From Thalia democratica (lineage: Eukaryota), in the NCBI GenBank assembly GCA_965202585.1, contig OZ241829.1:21700001-21764000 (forward strand): 64,000 bases of DNA. The letters run 5' to 3'. The position numbers were made by a program, and so were the translations under genes. Position 1 is the first letter of the stretch. Each line of letters begins with the position of its first letter. The notes beneath the pieces are model-generated. The model saw only the letters and a list, made by a program, of their open reading frames with translations. It searched no databases and was not told the DNA's origin. Of the stretch, positions 12,890 to 26,774 are shown one piece after another.

Positions 12890-13082
12890 AAATACGACGA
12901 GAAGTGGTGGATAGGGCGGCTGGTGAAGGACGGGTGCGGGATCGGGTTCATCCCCAGCCCCCAGAAGCTGGAGCAGATCAAGCAGCAGCAGGAGAACTCC
13001 AGGTTCTACAAGAACAAGTCGGGTGGAACGAGCAACTCCTCCATCGATGGATACTCGAGAAAATCGACTCCTCCCACTAGCT
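12890..13082 (+). CDS. CACNB: CaVbeta exon 4 ([13 protein letters not shown]...GFIPSP...STPPTS)
   Basis: WWIGRLVK and GFIPSP SH3 motifs; GCAG acceptor, phase-1 donor GTTAGT. Confidence 0.97.
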
Positions 13083-15850
13083 GTTAGTTGTATTTGGTTA
13101 CGTTGTAATGCATATACTCTATATTTTATACAACTTGAACAGGACATCTACACTATTTAAACATGCTTTATAGCTGTCAGTTTATTTGGTTGTAATGTAC
13201 ATTTTTGATACTGTTTAAAGTTTGAGAAAAATACTTACTCTACTTGTATATATTTTATACTAATACTTATATACACAAAAAAATCGACTACTCCTTCCAG
13301 TTATTAAATGTTAATTAATTTTTTATAAGTACAGTTATTTATTAGTTTCTTTTGATTTGATTTTTAACTGTTTTTGAAAGTTTACTTAATAATCCAATAT
13401 CACCGACCAATTAATAATTTTGTATACTTTTGTTGGTATATTATATACATGTTTTTTTAAAAACTCTGTTATGAAATATAGCTTTAAAAAAGTTATTTTA
13501 CATTATAAATAGGGCTACGTGCTTCATTAGTTTAAGTTAAAAACAACTTGTTTTTTTTTAATTGATTTTATAATTTTTATAATTATAACCGTAAAATATA
13601 TATATATATAAAATAATAATATAATTTATATATAAATTAGTAGCACATACTTTAATTTAATATAGTTAGTATATCTTTTTAGATTATTTAAACAGCTTAT
13701 AATAAATACAAGTTTTTATTTAATTTTATCTTATTTATCTTAACTTAGGAACAAATTTAACTAAAACTACTTTTTAGAATTATTATACTATCATTATTTG
13801 TTTTCTTTAAACTATTTATCAAACATTTTTATACTAAAAAATAACTAACTAATACTACTTATTTCATATTAAAATAATAATAGTTGAAAACAACTGTAAA
13901 TAACCGCTACCTACAACTTTCCTTATTTTCAAACTTATATAGATATAACGATCGCAACATCTACATTAAACTTAGCTGACTTACTGAATATTGGCATAGT
14001 AGCGAAAATATACTACAAAATAGATTAAATTCAGGAGAAACCTTGTTTTGATTTTGGAGTTTTTCTTTCACAACAATCAAATGACTAATGATTTTTTTGA
14101 AAACTTTTAAAGAGTTGTATAAAAACTGTTCATAGTCATAAAAGATACCAGAAGTTTTTTTTAGGATGATTTGATTTGAGAAATGAGTCTAACAAATAGT
14201 TTAATTAATTCTCAACTAAAAAACATTTTGATAGTTCTTGAGGTCTAATTTTACTACATATTTAAAACAGTTGTACAACCTTAGAAATTTATTAAATGTG
14301 TTATCAAACTAGCTTCAATACATTTTAAGTTAGGTTATAATACTTAATTTGCTTAATCTAGGATGGGTTTGTACGTTTGTTTAATTTATTTTTCCATTCT
14401 TATAAAGATATTCTAAAATTTCAATACTAAAACTTCACAATTTATAGAAAAAATATACTTTTGTTTCTATACTGATCTAAGGTTTGCATATCTAAAGCGT
14501 TAATAGTTCTTATGTAAATAGTTATAGAACATTTTTTAATGACAGCTTAAAAAACTTGTAGTTTATCTTTATTCATAGAAACTGCTATCATTAAAAAATT
14601 GTTTCGTAATTTTTTTGTTTAGTGCTTTCACGTTAAGTTAAAATTGACCAATAAAAGTAAAGACCCACCAAGCTTTACCACTACAAACATTTGTTAAAAA
14701 AATTTTTTTTTTTTAATTTAATAAACTTCATTTCAAACTTTAAAAAACTTAGCAAACTTACACTACTGCTTTTAAAATTCAAGTAAAAAAACCTCAATTT
14801 TCTTTTTAATATTATCAGTTCGTACTATCTCCCAAACGAATTGAATTTCCACTCTAACTCAAACACTATTAGCAACTACTACTAGCCATAGCAGTCTGCC
14901 AGCTATTAAAATTTCTTACTTATGAATCATCATTATTATGAATTGAAATTTGTTGTGGTAGTTTATTGATAGTTTACATAAATTATTAGTTCTCAGTTTG
15001 TCTATGAAAATTGAATTTTGCATATAAGTTTTCATTGCTTCACAATGGCTCTAGTCTGTAAGCTGTTCAACTCAATTACTATCAAAATATCTCAGGGGAA
15101 TTATGACTTGGTTTAAATACTTGTAGTACTTTTTACTGTAACCACTTTTAGCTATTTGCATAAAAGCTTCAGTTATAGTCAGCTTTTTTAGCTCGAGTAT
15201 GTTGTTGTTTGAGCTCTACATTATGAAAAATTTGTTTATGCAGAACTTTTAAACTTTTTTTTACAAAGTTTCCATGATATTTAATTAAGGTTTAAATTAT
15301 AAAGTAAATTTAATTAATGCAAAAACTAACCGTGTTTTGGTTACAGTTTAGTATTCTATACATTTTAAGTTATAGCGCTTAGAAATTTTTCTCACAATGG
15401 ATTTAACCGAAAACCAAGTACTGACACTTTTTAATTTTTTTTAAACCGGTGGATATACAATTTAACACAAGCGTAATTAAATTATTGCTTTACGTAGAAA
15501 CTTCAAGTGTTTGTTTGAAGGTCTGTACATGGTATAAAAACATTTTTAAACAGTTCTAAAGTATTTTATTGGAAAACCACAGGCACAGACCAAGGTAACC
15601 AAAATACTCCGTGTATTTTTAAGATTTTTTTTAGCGATCTTAAATAAATAGTTTTTTGCATAATTTGCGTATTTTCTGTATTTTATTAGTTATTTATTAC
15701 CTAATGAACTGTATATAATTTTATCGTTTGTTCACACCTATTTTATATCTTATTTACCATTATAAATATATTATATACTATCTTTTTTAATATTGACACA
15801 GTTTGTATTATTATGTTGTATTCTATTAACTATTAATTATTACTTTTAAG

Positions 15851-15896
15851 ATATGGACGATGTAGATGATGATGAAGACGGCGTGAGACAATTCGG
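15851..15896 (+). CDS. CACNB: CaVbeta exon 5 (46-nt HOOK exon, YMDDVDDDEDGVRQFG)
   Basis: TTTTAAG acceptor and GTGAGT donor. Bridges the phase-1 end of exon 4 to the phase-2 start of exon 6; acidic like long vertebrate HOOK exons. Confidence 0.8.
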
Positions 15897-16141
15897 GTGA
15901 GTTGTAAAAAAATATTTAATAATTAAAATAAACTTAGTGTGAGACAACTTGGGTAAAAAAACTTGAAAAAATGTTTACAAATAAAATATGGTGTGAGTCA
16001 ATTTTGGTGAGTGAAAAATTTAATCATTAAATTAAAAAGTATAAACGAAACCACGGGTTAGCCAAACTGGGTGAATTTAAAAGCAAAATTTAAATACAAA
16101 AAATATGAATAAAATATTGTGTGAGACAATTTGGGTGAGTT
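15881..16141 (+). repeat. Minisatellite of five ~23-bp cores spaced 54-64 bp; first core spans the exon 5 donor
   Basis: gcgtgagacaattcgggtgagtt (15881) with copies at 15937, 15991, ~16055 and 16119. Confidence 0.85.
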
Positions 16142-16225
16142 AAAAATAACATGCGCATGAAACAAAATGTATAAAAATTGATGATTTTCAAACTATGAAT
16201 GCTGTTAATGTTGGCCTATAGACCC

Positions 16226-16365
16226 CAGGGTATTCCGAAAGTCAGCGATAACTAGCAATGGACGCAAAAATAAATTGACTGGTAAATGGGCCACTTATAA
16301 TAAAGTTGGTGATTTAAGTTTCTGCCAAAGGGATCAATTATGAAAACGAGTTTGGGAAATCCCAA
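16226..16365. mobile_element. Degenerate hAT MITE related to 34054-34408
   Basis: Left cagggtattccgaaagt, right gtttgggaaatccca; no clear TSD. Confidence 0.45.
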
Positions 16366-17929
16366 CGTACGTAAAAACTATTTATGTTTTTTATTTATTT
16401 TTAGTACTACAAGAACATTGATAGGATCACTTAAAATAAAAAATAAGTCTATTCAGTAAGATAAATTGATGAAAAATCAGTTGTTACATGTTTGGAATGT
16501 TCATAGAGTTTTAAGTGTTTTTGTAGAATTTTATTTTTTAGCTGACAATTTATTATTCGACCGTGAACTGATTCAGCCTTTTGGTACACCAAATTTAAAA
16601 GCAAAGCTCAAAAAATTATTTCAATTGATATTAAACAGCACATACAAGACCGCAATTGTGTCATTAAATAAATTTTATGCTCTAAAAGTTTTGCTGTAAA
16701 GGCAATACATTAGAAAAATCAATCAAACTAACTTGAAATTGCGTGAACACATTCTGTTGAAAATACTTACACAGCATTTGCATTAAAAAAATTCTTGTGC
16801 TTGAGTTGGTTCTCTAAAGTTTCAGAGAATCGAGTTTAAAAGCTTCTAACTTTGTAGATTTATTCATATATGACATTCTTGAAAAAGTTGTAAGCTACTT
16901 TATAAACTGAGATAAACAAATTTCAGCTTTGTTTTATTGTTTGATAAAACAATCATGAATATTATTTATAGATAAATTTTTTACAGTAATTTGTTTTATT
17001 TTTACTTTTAAACATTTCAAAAACATACGTAGTTTAGTTGTGTCTATATGTTATTTTTGCTGCAGTTATTTTGATTGCAGCAGTTTAATTAAATTAAGTT
17101 TGTATATATTTATATACGACTTACGTGTGCAAAAAGTAAATTTACCGTAAATTTTTTTTTACAAAAACCACTTATTTCTGACGTCAACGTATTGAAAATT
17201 TTAAAATAATTTTTTCATACAAATACAAATATATTCCAGACAGTTGCATAATGATTCGTTTTTTAAAAACGTTTGATTAAACCTTATAAAGGTGTGTTAG
17301 TTTTCGCTAATATAAACAGCACATTTTAAAATTAGTTTTTCTGAGAATTTTTATATATTGTTTATCAAAAAAAAAAAAAAATAAAACGCTCAAGTTTTGG
17401 TCCTAAGACCTGGTTTAAAAAAAAATTTCGGTAAAATATGTGTCCCTTAGTTAAATTTTGTTTATAGTTTATCATTATGAATAAACCTGAAAGACATTGA
17501 AGCCATGCAGAAAGTAGTCTTAGTAATTAATGTAATAAATTATAAAAAAAATCTCTTTCTGTGAAGTTTAGAACTCTAATTGCTTAATTATCAACTTGAT
17601 GCATAATATTTCAAAAGATTTGACTAAGAACACAAAAAAGCTTGCTTTTGATAACATGGTAAAAATAGTAAACTTGCTTTAAACATGGAAATAGGAGAAA
17701 CTTGAATTTTTGCTATTCAAAAAATCCCTAAAAAGAGTTATACTGGTTTTCTCGCGTTTGGAAACAACAGTTTCTCTTATGAAAGAGTGTTCATTAGAAA
17801 AAAGTAATATAATGAAAGTGCATGTGATAAAGTGGTAAAAATAGCAAATTCAGTTCACACATGCACACAGGAGAAATTTGAATATTTATTTCTGCAACTG
17901 TTGCAGACTTGCTATTGATTTATAATCAA

Positions 17930-18830
17930 ACAAATTCAAAGACTATTTATGCAGTTCTGTTTATTTTTATCCTATTTGCAATACTCGAGTCTTTAGGAGA
18001 ACGAACCCAGTCGTTTTGGAAAACTTTCTTTTTACTTGAAAAAAGCTTCTGACTTTACTCATTGTAATATTAATAGTATCAAAGTTGAATGAAACTTTTT
18101 TATGCTATTTTTAAACTTTTGTTTTAGATAAGACTTTATTAATTTTAAAGCACGTTTGGCAATTTTTTAAACACTATATTTATGTGATTACAATAAACTC
18201 TGTAACTGTTTTGATTAATATCAACTGATTTATATACAACTAAATTCTGTTATTTCTATCTCTGTTATTTTTATTCTTTTTGTAATACTTTAGGAGAATG
18301 AACAGCGTATTTTTTGCAAATTTTCTATTATTTCTGTTTAAAAAAAAAAACAGCTTCTACTTTACTTATTATAATGTTGATTGCACAAAAATAAAACGAA
18401 AATTTTTAGCGCTACTTTAACTTTATATTTAGAAGGAGACTTTACTATTAGACTTTTTTACCAATGTTCTATTCTTTTCATCTAAATTAAATAATTTTTT
18501 ACTTAACAACTATAACGTAATAGTAACAGTAGTATCAAAATTTGCTATTTTTTTGCTACTTTTAATTTTCAGTGTATTTGCTTTACTTGTAGTACTTGAG
18601 TCTTTAGAATTGGTTGTTTAAAATTTTTTTTTTCTTTTTACCTCAAAAATAAAAAATCTCTATCTTTAAACAAAACGCAATTTTTTTATTTATTATTTAG
18701 GTTATTTTTAACTTTTTTATAAGATAAAATTTAAACTATTTATGTTTGTTAATTTGTATAAACTATTGTTATTTTAATATGAACTCAGCTAACATAAAGT
18801 CTATTGCTTTTGCAAATTTTTAATTCTTTC
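17930..18830. repeat. Degenerate ~300-bp tandem repeat
   Basis: ctttaggagaa(c/t)gaac at ~17991 and ~18289, weaker copy ~18601, with shared flanks. Confidence 0.45.
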
Positions 18831-20559
18831 TACTTAAAAAACAAACATTTTTTGTCTTTACACAAGTTAGTCGTATCGAAATAGCTATACTTTTATTTAG
18901 TAGAAAATGTCGGTTTTTCAAATTTTTTTTTCTTACAGGTAGCTATGTAAATGTATTATACAATCTTAAGTACAGCACTTTTATATATAAAAACAGAGCT
19001 TTAATAATACCACTTTCAAATGATAAACCTACCTAAGTGTTACATGTTTGATTGCTGCAAAAACAATGCAAATGAAAATTTAAAAAGTTGTTACAAAATA
19101 TTTGATTAAAAATTTTATATACGTTACTTTGAAGATACACTCAATATTTGCAGTAACATTAATTACGATACATTTGAAGAGTTTCTGTTCTTGTTCGCTC
19201 TATTTAAAATTTTCACTACTTTGATATTTTTTTAATTGTGTTAATCTCAAGTGTATTGATGTAGAGAGTTTAAAAACCATAACAAATATTAAGGGGTGGC
19301 TCTTTGCAATTTGCCAGGGTAGCGTGTATACTTCTTACAAATGTAAAAATTTCTAATCTCTAAAGACTGTTGTTCACGGTCAAATACGTATGATTTTAGT
19401 TTTCTTTTACTTGTGTCTGAAAACTTTTAAGTCAACTTGTGCCTCTATTTATTCACAAAAAATAAACAGTGCTTCCCTTAACTCATTGCCTAGAGTGGCC
19501 TTTGGAATTTTATAAGTTACTTGAAGGCTTAAACTAAAATCAGTAATGAACGTTTATTGTAGGGCTTTAAAACTTTGACCCAAAAAGAAATTAACTGGAC
19601 TCAAAAAATTGAATCATGTGTATTTGTGCGTTTTACTCACAAATAAAAAAAAACAATTATTAGTTAACTATTCAAGTTAGCACGTTTAGTTTGTGAGCAT
19701 TATAACAAAATTGCTCAATGCGTTACGGTTAATTCGAGTTAATATTGGAATTATAATTGCCGAGGTCGCATTTACACTTAAGAGGTTAATGAAAATCAAT
19801 TGCAAGTTCAAAGAAAATTCTTATATATATATATATATATATGTATATATAACTATGTGTTTAAGTATATAAACTTATAAAGTTTAGCTCCTTGTTTTAG
19901 TAACTGGTCGCATTTAAACTCTTGTATATTGCTATGAAAATATCTTAGTCAATTATATTTTGATATTTAAAGCCTACCTTTTTCAGGTTTTGAAAGAAAA
20001 CACAAACACTTCATGTAAATGCAAGTGTGCTTTAAATAGGCAAAACCAAACAGTAATATTAGATTTTTAGAAGTAAGTTTTATATGTTTTAGTTGTTTTG
20101 AATACCTTCACGACTAATTAACTTGGTTTGTAAAAGTCTTCAAATACTAAGGTAGTTGTTTCTTTTATAAGTTTTTCTCTGTCAAAAATACAACTTTTAG
20201 AACTAGATTCGATTTTTTTTAAATTTCTGTTGTAATCTGTATTAAAATTAAACTTTTAAACATTACATTTTTTTCGTAAAATTAGTATGCAGTTCATTAT
20301 TTTAAATTTGAAATAAGATGAACAGTTTAACAACAGAAGCTGAAAAAAACAATTTAGCAGAAAAGTTGTATAATGACATCTACAGCATAAAAACAAAAAC
20401 AATTTAAACCATACCAGTTTGTAGTACATAGTAAACTTTCGATTTGTTCATTTTAACAACGCCACCGCACCGTATAATGAATCTTGATTAAAACTGGAGA
20501 AATTCAGAGTAAGTTTTATTGATTTTAGTCATCGCTCGCAGGCGTTTTAAGGGCACGTC

Positions 20560-21320
20560 GATAAATTACATATTTCGCTGAAATCTAATCGAGTGAGAGT
20601 TGAGAACTTGCGAGTGATTTTAGAGGGATGTTAAAAGTTAAAGAGTTGTTTTGTGGTTTTAATTGAAGAATCGTACAACTTTGATCATTAATGTTGTTTA
20701 CTTTTACGATTTAAATAGACTACATATTTTACTGATATAATCTAGTGAAAGTTGAGAACTTGCGAGTGATTTTAAAGGGATGTTAAAAGTTAAAGAGTCG
20801 TTTTGTATTTTTAAGTAAAGAATCGTACAACTTTGACCATTAATGTTGTTTACTTTTACGATTCAAATAAAATACATATTTTGCTGAAATTTAACCGAGT
20901 GAGATTGTAGAATTTTTTTTGAGATTTTTAGGGGGATGATAAAAATTAAAGATTTATTCGATCACTAAGCATGGTAGAGTCTTTTTTGAATATCTAATTT
21001 ACTGTTTACGGTTTGGGTAAGACTTTTGTCCGTAAAATTTGCGCTTAAATAAATTAAAAGATTCACTGCAATTTAATCGAGTAAGGGTTGAAAATTTTTA
21101 AGTTTTAAAACTTGTAGTGGGATTTAAATTAGCAGAGTTATTAATACTTTAAGTAAAGTTTGAAGTAAAGTTTTTTTTGAGAATCTACTTTTTCGTTTAC
21201 TTTACGATTTGAATAAAATTTGTGATATAAAATAACAACATTTTTCACTGCACTTTATTGAGTGAGATTATTTAGAAAAATGTTGTATGTGACGCACCTT
21301 TTAACATTTTGAAAAGAAGA
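20560..21320. repeat. Intronic satellite with ~152-bp (later ~180-bp) period, about 5 copies
   Basis: gttgagaacttgcgagtgatttt at 20599 and 20751; degenerate copies ~20903, ~21086, ~21266. Confidence 0.85.
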
Positions 21321-22744
21321 ATCGTATCAGTTTGATTGTTTGTTTAATTGTGTAGTTTTGATAAATAAAACTTGTAGTTGTAATAATAACAATAACTCTA
21401 ATTATAGCCTTGTTATTTCGAAACCGATTTTTTTGGATATTTTAAATTTTTGAATATTTAGGATGCTGTAAGATTTTTCTTAGAACTTAATTGATTAAAA
21501 GAATGAAATGGTATAAACTTCTTCAAATTTCATTTTTTTAGATAAGAAAAGTTTTTTAATTGGATTAATAGATTTCATCGAACATCATAATTGAATGTGC
21601 TGGTAAAAAAATAATTTATTTTCTTTTTTATAAATCTGAAATGTATTTGCTATGAAAAACTTGGTGATGTTTTCAAAAGTTGTACTTTTGTCTAGTAAGT
21701 GCTTTGCGATGAAAAAAACACAATAAGAATTTAAAGCTTTTTGAATAAAACAAGAAATATTTTTTTATTTAATTTCTATTCTTTTTAGTTTCAATCTACG
21801 TAAGCTACCTTAATGGATCAGTTCAATTAAATTATTTTAAATGTTAACCTTTTTTGTTGCAAAGAAAAGAATTTTGTCTTACACAAGCAAAGTAGTTGTA
21901 AAATTCATCAATTTAATTGCTTTATAATACTTATGTCAGCTGGTTTTTCTTATGTGTTTTATAACAAGTTAAGTTTAATTTAAGCTTCAGAAAAAAAAAA
22001 ACTGTATTATATACGTCAACATACCCTTTTTTTAAAGCCAAAAGTTACGTTGAAATTTACGGGGTGCTAGTTTTTAAAGAAATTGTAGTTTATACCCCTT
22101 GGTGCTACCATTTTTATTTGTCTATTTTTCTAAGTTGAGGTATCAAATTTTTATTACTAATAAATTAGCTTTTATAAAGATAAGGTGCTTAAAAATTTAT
22201 TTTTAAACATGAAATTTGTTAACTTTTCTTTACAATGCTCTTACAGTTTTTCTGTTTATTATAACACAAACTCGGAGCTTTGTTCATACTTTTATCCAGT
22301 TTCAACAAACTTGACATAAAATATACCGTGTAAAATGTGAATTTTTTTTTCTTGCGTCTAAAGCATACTATTTGGTTATTAATTTGTAAGTTTTTAGTTG
22401 AAACCATATCATAAAAAAATATCTATCAAGTGTGACGTTCGTTTTACCACAATAATTTTGTTAGTTTGAATAGAAAAATGTATTTATGGTATTAATGATA
22501 CTTATGTACTTGATTTACTGAAATGAATACTTAATCCTGAAAGCAGGGTTGCCATAAGTTAAAAACTCATGCACGTATATAAAAAAAGTAAGCACTACTT
22601 GGCTCTACGGTTGGGGCCGTTACAGTAAGTGTCTTAAAAATTCCAAACAAAAAATTACCACAATCGTTACTGTAACAAAACATCTTTTGACACAACAGAT
22701 AGTACATAATGACTATTTACTAGCTCCCGTGCTTCTTCTTTATG

Positions 22745-23065
22745 TTTTATACCACCTACGAATCCTACTTCTAAACGTTGACAACCATGTTGTTAAGAGC
22801 TACTTGTTCATAATTTGTTATACCATGTAGAGTTACATATATACTTTCTTTTCTCAATTTTCATTTAAACAGAAACAGACTTGTTAGTTCATAGGCTTCT
22901 TCGTCAATATACAAAATGTAACCACCGCCTACGAACTTTTTTCCATACGAAAATGATAACTTGTTGTTGAGAGCTACTTATTCATTATTTGTTAAACCAT
23001 GTACAATTACACATACATTTATATATTTTTTACTTAATTTTCTATTTAAGAGAACAGAATGACGT
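22745..23065. repeat. Two-copy ~175-bp direct repeat upstream of exon 6
   Basis: cctacgaa...gagctactt(g/a)ttcat...accatgta blocks at ~22755 and ~22928. Confidence 0.8.
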
Positions 23066-23178
23066 TATCCAAAAACTGTGTTGTTTAGATCTACTCATTT
23101 ATCTTATTATTTTATTGTCCTTCAAACTATATGCAATACACACTTACTGTAATAATTGTTTTAATTTTCCCCTAACAG

Positions 23179-23347
23179 CAACAAAATGTCGTCGTCGTCT
23201 CTGCAACAGGGAATTCCCCTGAAGGAGATGGGTGGAGGGGGCGGGAGGAGAAAGTTCTTCAAGAAGCAGGACCCCGTTCCCTTCTATGACGTAGTTCCCT
23301 CGATGCGACCCGTCGTGCTGATCGGACCCAGTTTGAAGGGATACGAG
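23179..23347 (+). CDS. CACNB: CaVbeta exon 6 (HOOK end, SH3 beta5 and GK start: [25 protein letters not shown])
   Basis: Diagnostic [17 protein letters not shown]; CTAACAG acceptor, GTTTTA donor. Confidence 0.97.
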
Positions 23348-23717
23348 GTTTTATATTATTATTTATTATTTTTCTATTTATTTTTGTAACTAGTTTCCCT
23401 GTCGTGTTGACCGCACCATGTTCAAAGGTGGCCAAGTATAAAGTTTTATATTTAAAACAAGCATGTGTTTAACGAATCTTTCTGAAGATAATTTGAATGT
23501 TTTCTACTTTTTTAATTGCATTATTTTCGCTCCACGCGAATCGTCTACATATGCTGTTTTGTCACAATGTGTGAGATCTTGGGACATTATAATTTCTAAC
23601 TTGTTTGAGACGTCACAGTAAATTAATTGCTTTATTAACAACATTTGGCCCTCATAGTGCAGAAAGCACCATGTCATTAAGGCTTATGGTATAAATTTCT
23701 AACTACGAAGGTGTTTT

Positions 23718-23948
23718 CACAAACTTATTTATGACCTTACACACAAACTTATTTATGACATTACAGACAAACTTATTTATGGCGTCACAGATAATTCATT
23801 TATGACTTCACAAAAGCTTATTAACTTAATGTTATATGCGGACCAGAAAGTACTAAACATCAATACTTATAAACACCTCTAATCATTTTATAGTTGATAC
23901 ACACATTTATTTATGACATCACACAAACATACTTATGACGTCACACAG
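23718..23948 (+). repeat. ~22-24-bp tandem repeat leading into the exon 7 acceptor
   Basis: cacaaacttatttatgac(c/a/g)t(t/c)ac units; the last unit ends tgacgtcacacag|exon. Confidence 0.8.
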
Positions 23949-24114
23949 GTGACGGACATGATGCAGAAGGCGGTGTTCGACTACCTGAAGCACAGGTTCG
24001 AGGGGAGGGTGTCCATACTGAGGGTGTCGGCTGACATCTCGCTGGGAAAGAGGAGCGTTCTGAACAACCCGACAAGGAGGGTGGTGGAGAAATCGATCGC
24101 AAGATCCAGTCTCG
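23949..24114 (+). CDS. CACNB: CaVbeta exon 7 (GK: [20 protein letters not shown]...RSSL)
   Basis: [17 protein letters not shown] motif; phase 0/1. Confidence 0.97.
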
Positions 24115-26774
24115 GTTGGTTGTTTTGTTGTATTTAATAGAAAAATTTATAAAAATGTAAAAAATATTTATTTGTAAGTTTTTGTTAAAAAAACCGTAAC
24201 ATGATATTTTTTGTTATAAATTATTCAAAATTAACCACAAGATGTAGTATAGGTTAATGAAGTTGTGTTGTAATTGATATAAAATCTACAAAAAGTTGAT
24301 TACTTGTTTTTTTGTATTTAATAGAAACGTTTATGCCAAGATCTAATACAAATTACTAATATTGGTAACATTTAATGCACAGTCTACACAACATCAAGCT
24401 AACACTTGTAACTTAAAGTAATTGAAGAAAAATCAACAGCAAGATCCGGTCTCGGTTTTATACTTTGTAGCAATTGATTTATAATGTATATAAAAATAAG
24501 TCCTTCTTTGTGTTTTGTAATAACAAATGGAAATTTTTTTAAAAACAAGACATTATCTGTACTTGTAAAATTTTGACTTTTAAAATGTCAAGTTTTTGGT
24601 TATTTAATACAAAATTGGTTGAAATATCCACCACTAAAACTAGTCTTGGTTTAGTGTTATTTAAGTAAAGAAAAAAAAATATTATGGAGGTTGTTATTTT
24701 AAATTAAAACGTACCCAACATACTAATCCGAAACTTTAAAAAGATTAAAAATAATTTTGTATACGTAAAAAAAAAAATTCTTACCAAGTTATCTTAAACA
24801 CTATTTTATTTTCATACGATACTTAACTTAATGGGCAAACCTGCTCTTAGGAAACCTCCACTTTTTGCCTGATGTTTATATCTAGAGCAAGAATGTGACT
24901 TGAAAATTATTTGCTAGATTAAATGTTTGTTATCTTAATATTTTTTAATATTTTCAATTTAATACTTAGTATATGATTCATAAAAATTGTTTGCAAGTCC
25001 AAAGTTTTTACAATGTATCAATAAAAGTCGTTAATTTTTGCATTAATAAATTAATAAAACTTGATGATTTAAAGCAGCTTTTATGCAAAACAGTAATCAA
25101 TAATACAGAATAATGAATCAAGTTTTTACAGCTGAAATAATTCTCGACTCAAATTTTATCATCGCATAATTAGTTCATTAATATTTCACGATTTCATCTA
25201 TTAATTTCAAGATCAACTCAAGTTGTCCATATAAAGATGTTGATAAAAGTGTTGTTTTGAACATATACATGCTCTGTTGAGAAATGTAAATGACTTTTTA
25301 TTCTTCTATATTTAAACAAAAACTTGAGACACGATTCATTCAAAAAATTTTTTAATGAATTTTTCTCAAGTTTTTATATAATATATGTATTAAAAAGTAC
25401 TTAATTTTTTTTTGTTTGAAAAACAAGATTGATAGTTTTAATTTGTAACAATAAAATTATTAAAAAGTTTAATATATTGACATAACTATTTAAAATAAAG
25501 AACCTTTGGTTACAAAATGCATTATGTGTTTTTTTTTTTACAATTCACAAGACAATAATTTTGATTTGTTTCTATAATAAATTAAATCAATTTCTACAAC
25601 AGTAAATAAATACGCTTATAAATGTCTTTATAACATAAATAGTAAAAAACTTAGTAAGTTTGATAACTTTATTATTATAATTATCAAAAACAAACTAAAA
25701 CAAATTTCCACTATTTTCTTATTTAAAATAATTTAAAAAAAAAATTATTGTCTGGTTTTAAAACACATAAGGTCTCGAGACATTGTTAAAAAAGTTTTCG
25801 CTTTGAAAACGTTGTTTTTATTTGTATTTTGTTGCATTTTAAACGTGCCTTGTATCTTTGTTTTGACCAAAACAAAGAAATAAATTTACCGAAAGTTACA
25901 AACTCACTCTTTTTAAGTTTTAACATGCATTGAATTTTTATGCTAAAAAACACTTTATAAGATTGATAAGTTTAGCTGAACCAGTTGCAAATGTTTTTAA
26001 ACTTTTTTGAACTCGTTTTAAAGGTTTCATGTTTGTGAAAATTTTGTTTTTGTTTTTCAACCTTTGAGCAAATTTACATTATAAATAAAGTTTCAAACAT
26101 TTGTAATATTGTTTTTTTTTACAATTAAGAAATTCAAAAATATCAATATAAAACACTTTAAAATATACTAAACTTGTGTGCTTTTTATTTTTATCAAAAT
26201 TTTTATATAAAATTATTCAAAAAATTTCCAGAAATTGTTTATGAAGTAAAAGTTTTGTTTTGTAAAATAAAAATAAAAACATATGTAAATTTAGTTTTAT
26301 AAAACATACTAATAATAGTTTTTGTGACCAAACTGTTCTTTATACTTTAGCTATCATAAATTTACAGTAAAAATATCTAAATTTTAAAAGAATGATTTAA
26401 ATACTTTTTATATACTATAGCAAATGCCAACTTATGCAGTTAGAAAAATTAAAACATTTTTTCAAAAACACAATTCTTACAAGTCTTTATTTAAAAGCCT
26501 CTTGTTTTTAGTTATTTTTGTAAAATTTTAACATGTTCAATAATTAAAAAACAAAATTATAAGAAAGTTTTCAAAATTATTATTATCACTAAAGTAAATA
26601 CAGTAAAAAAAGTAAAGTTTCTGCTAAAAACGATATCTTATTTTTTCAGAACTTGCAGAAGTTGCGCTCGAGGCAATTTATTATTTATAAGTTTTTTCGG
26701 TCCTTATGACGTCACAACGAGCTCGAGTAGAGTATATCCGCATCGCAATAACGTACAAAACACCTGATATATGT

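Noticed and set aside
15881-16141. CRISPR-like repeat-spacer pattern
   Set aside because: Eukaryotic intron, degenerate cores, mutually similar AT-rich spacers and no cas genes; it is a minisatellite.
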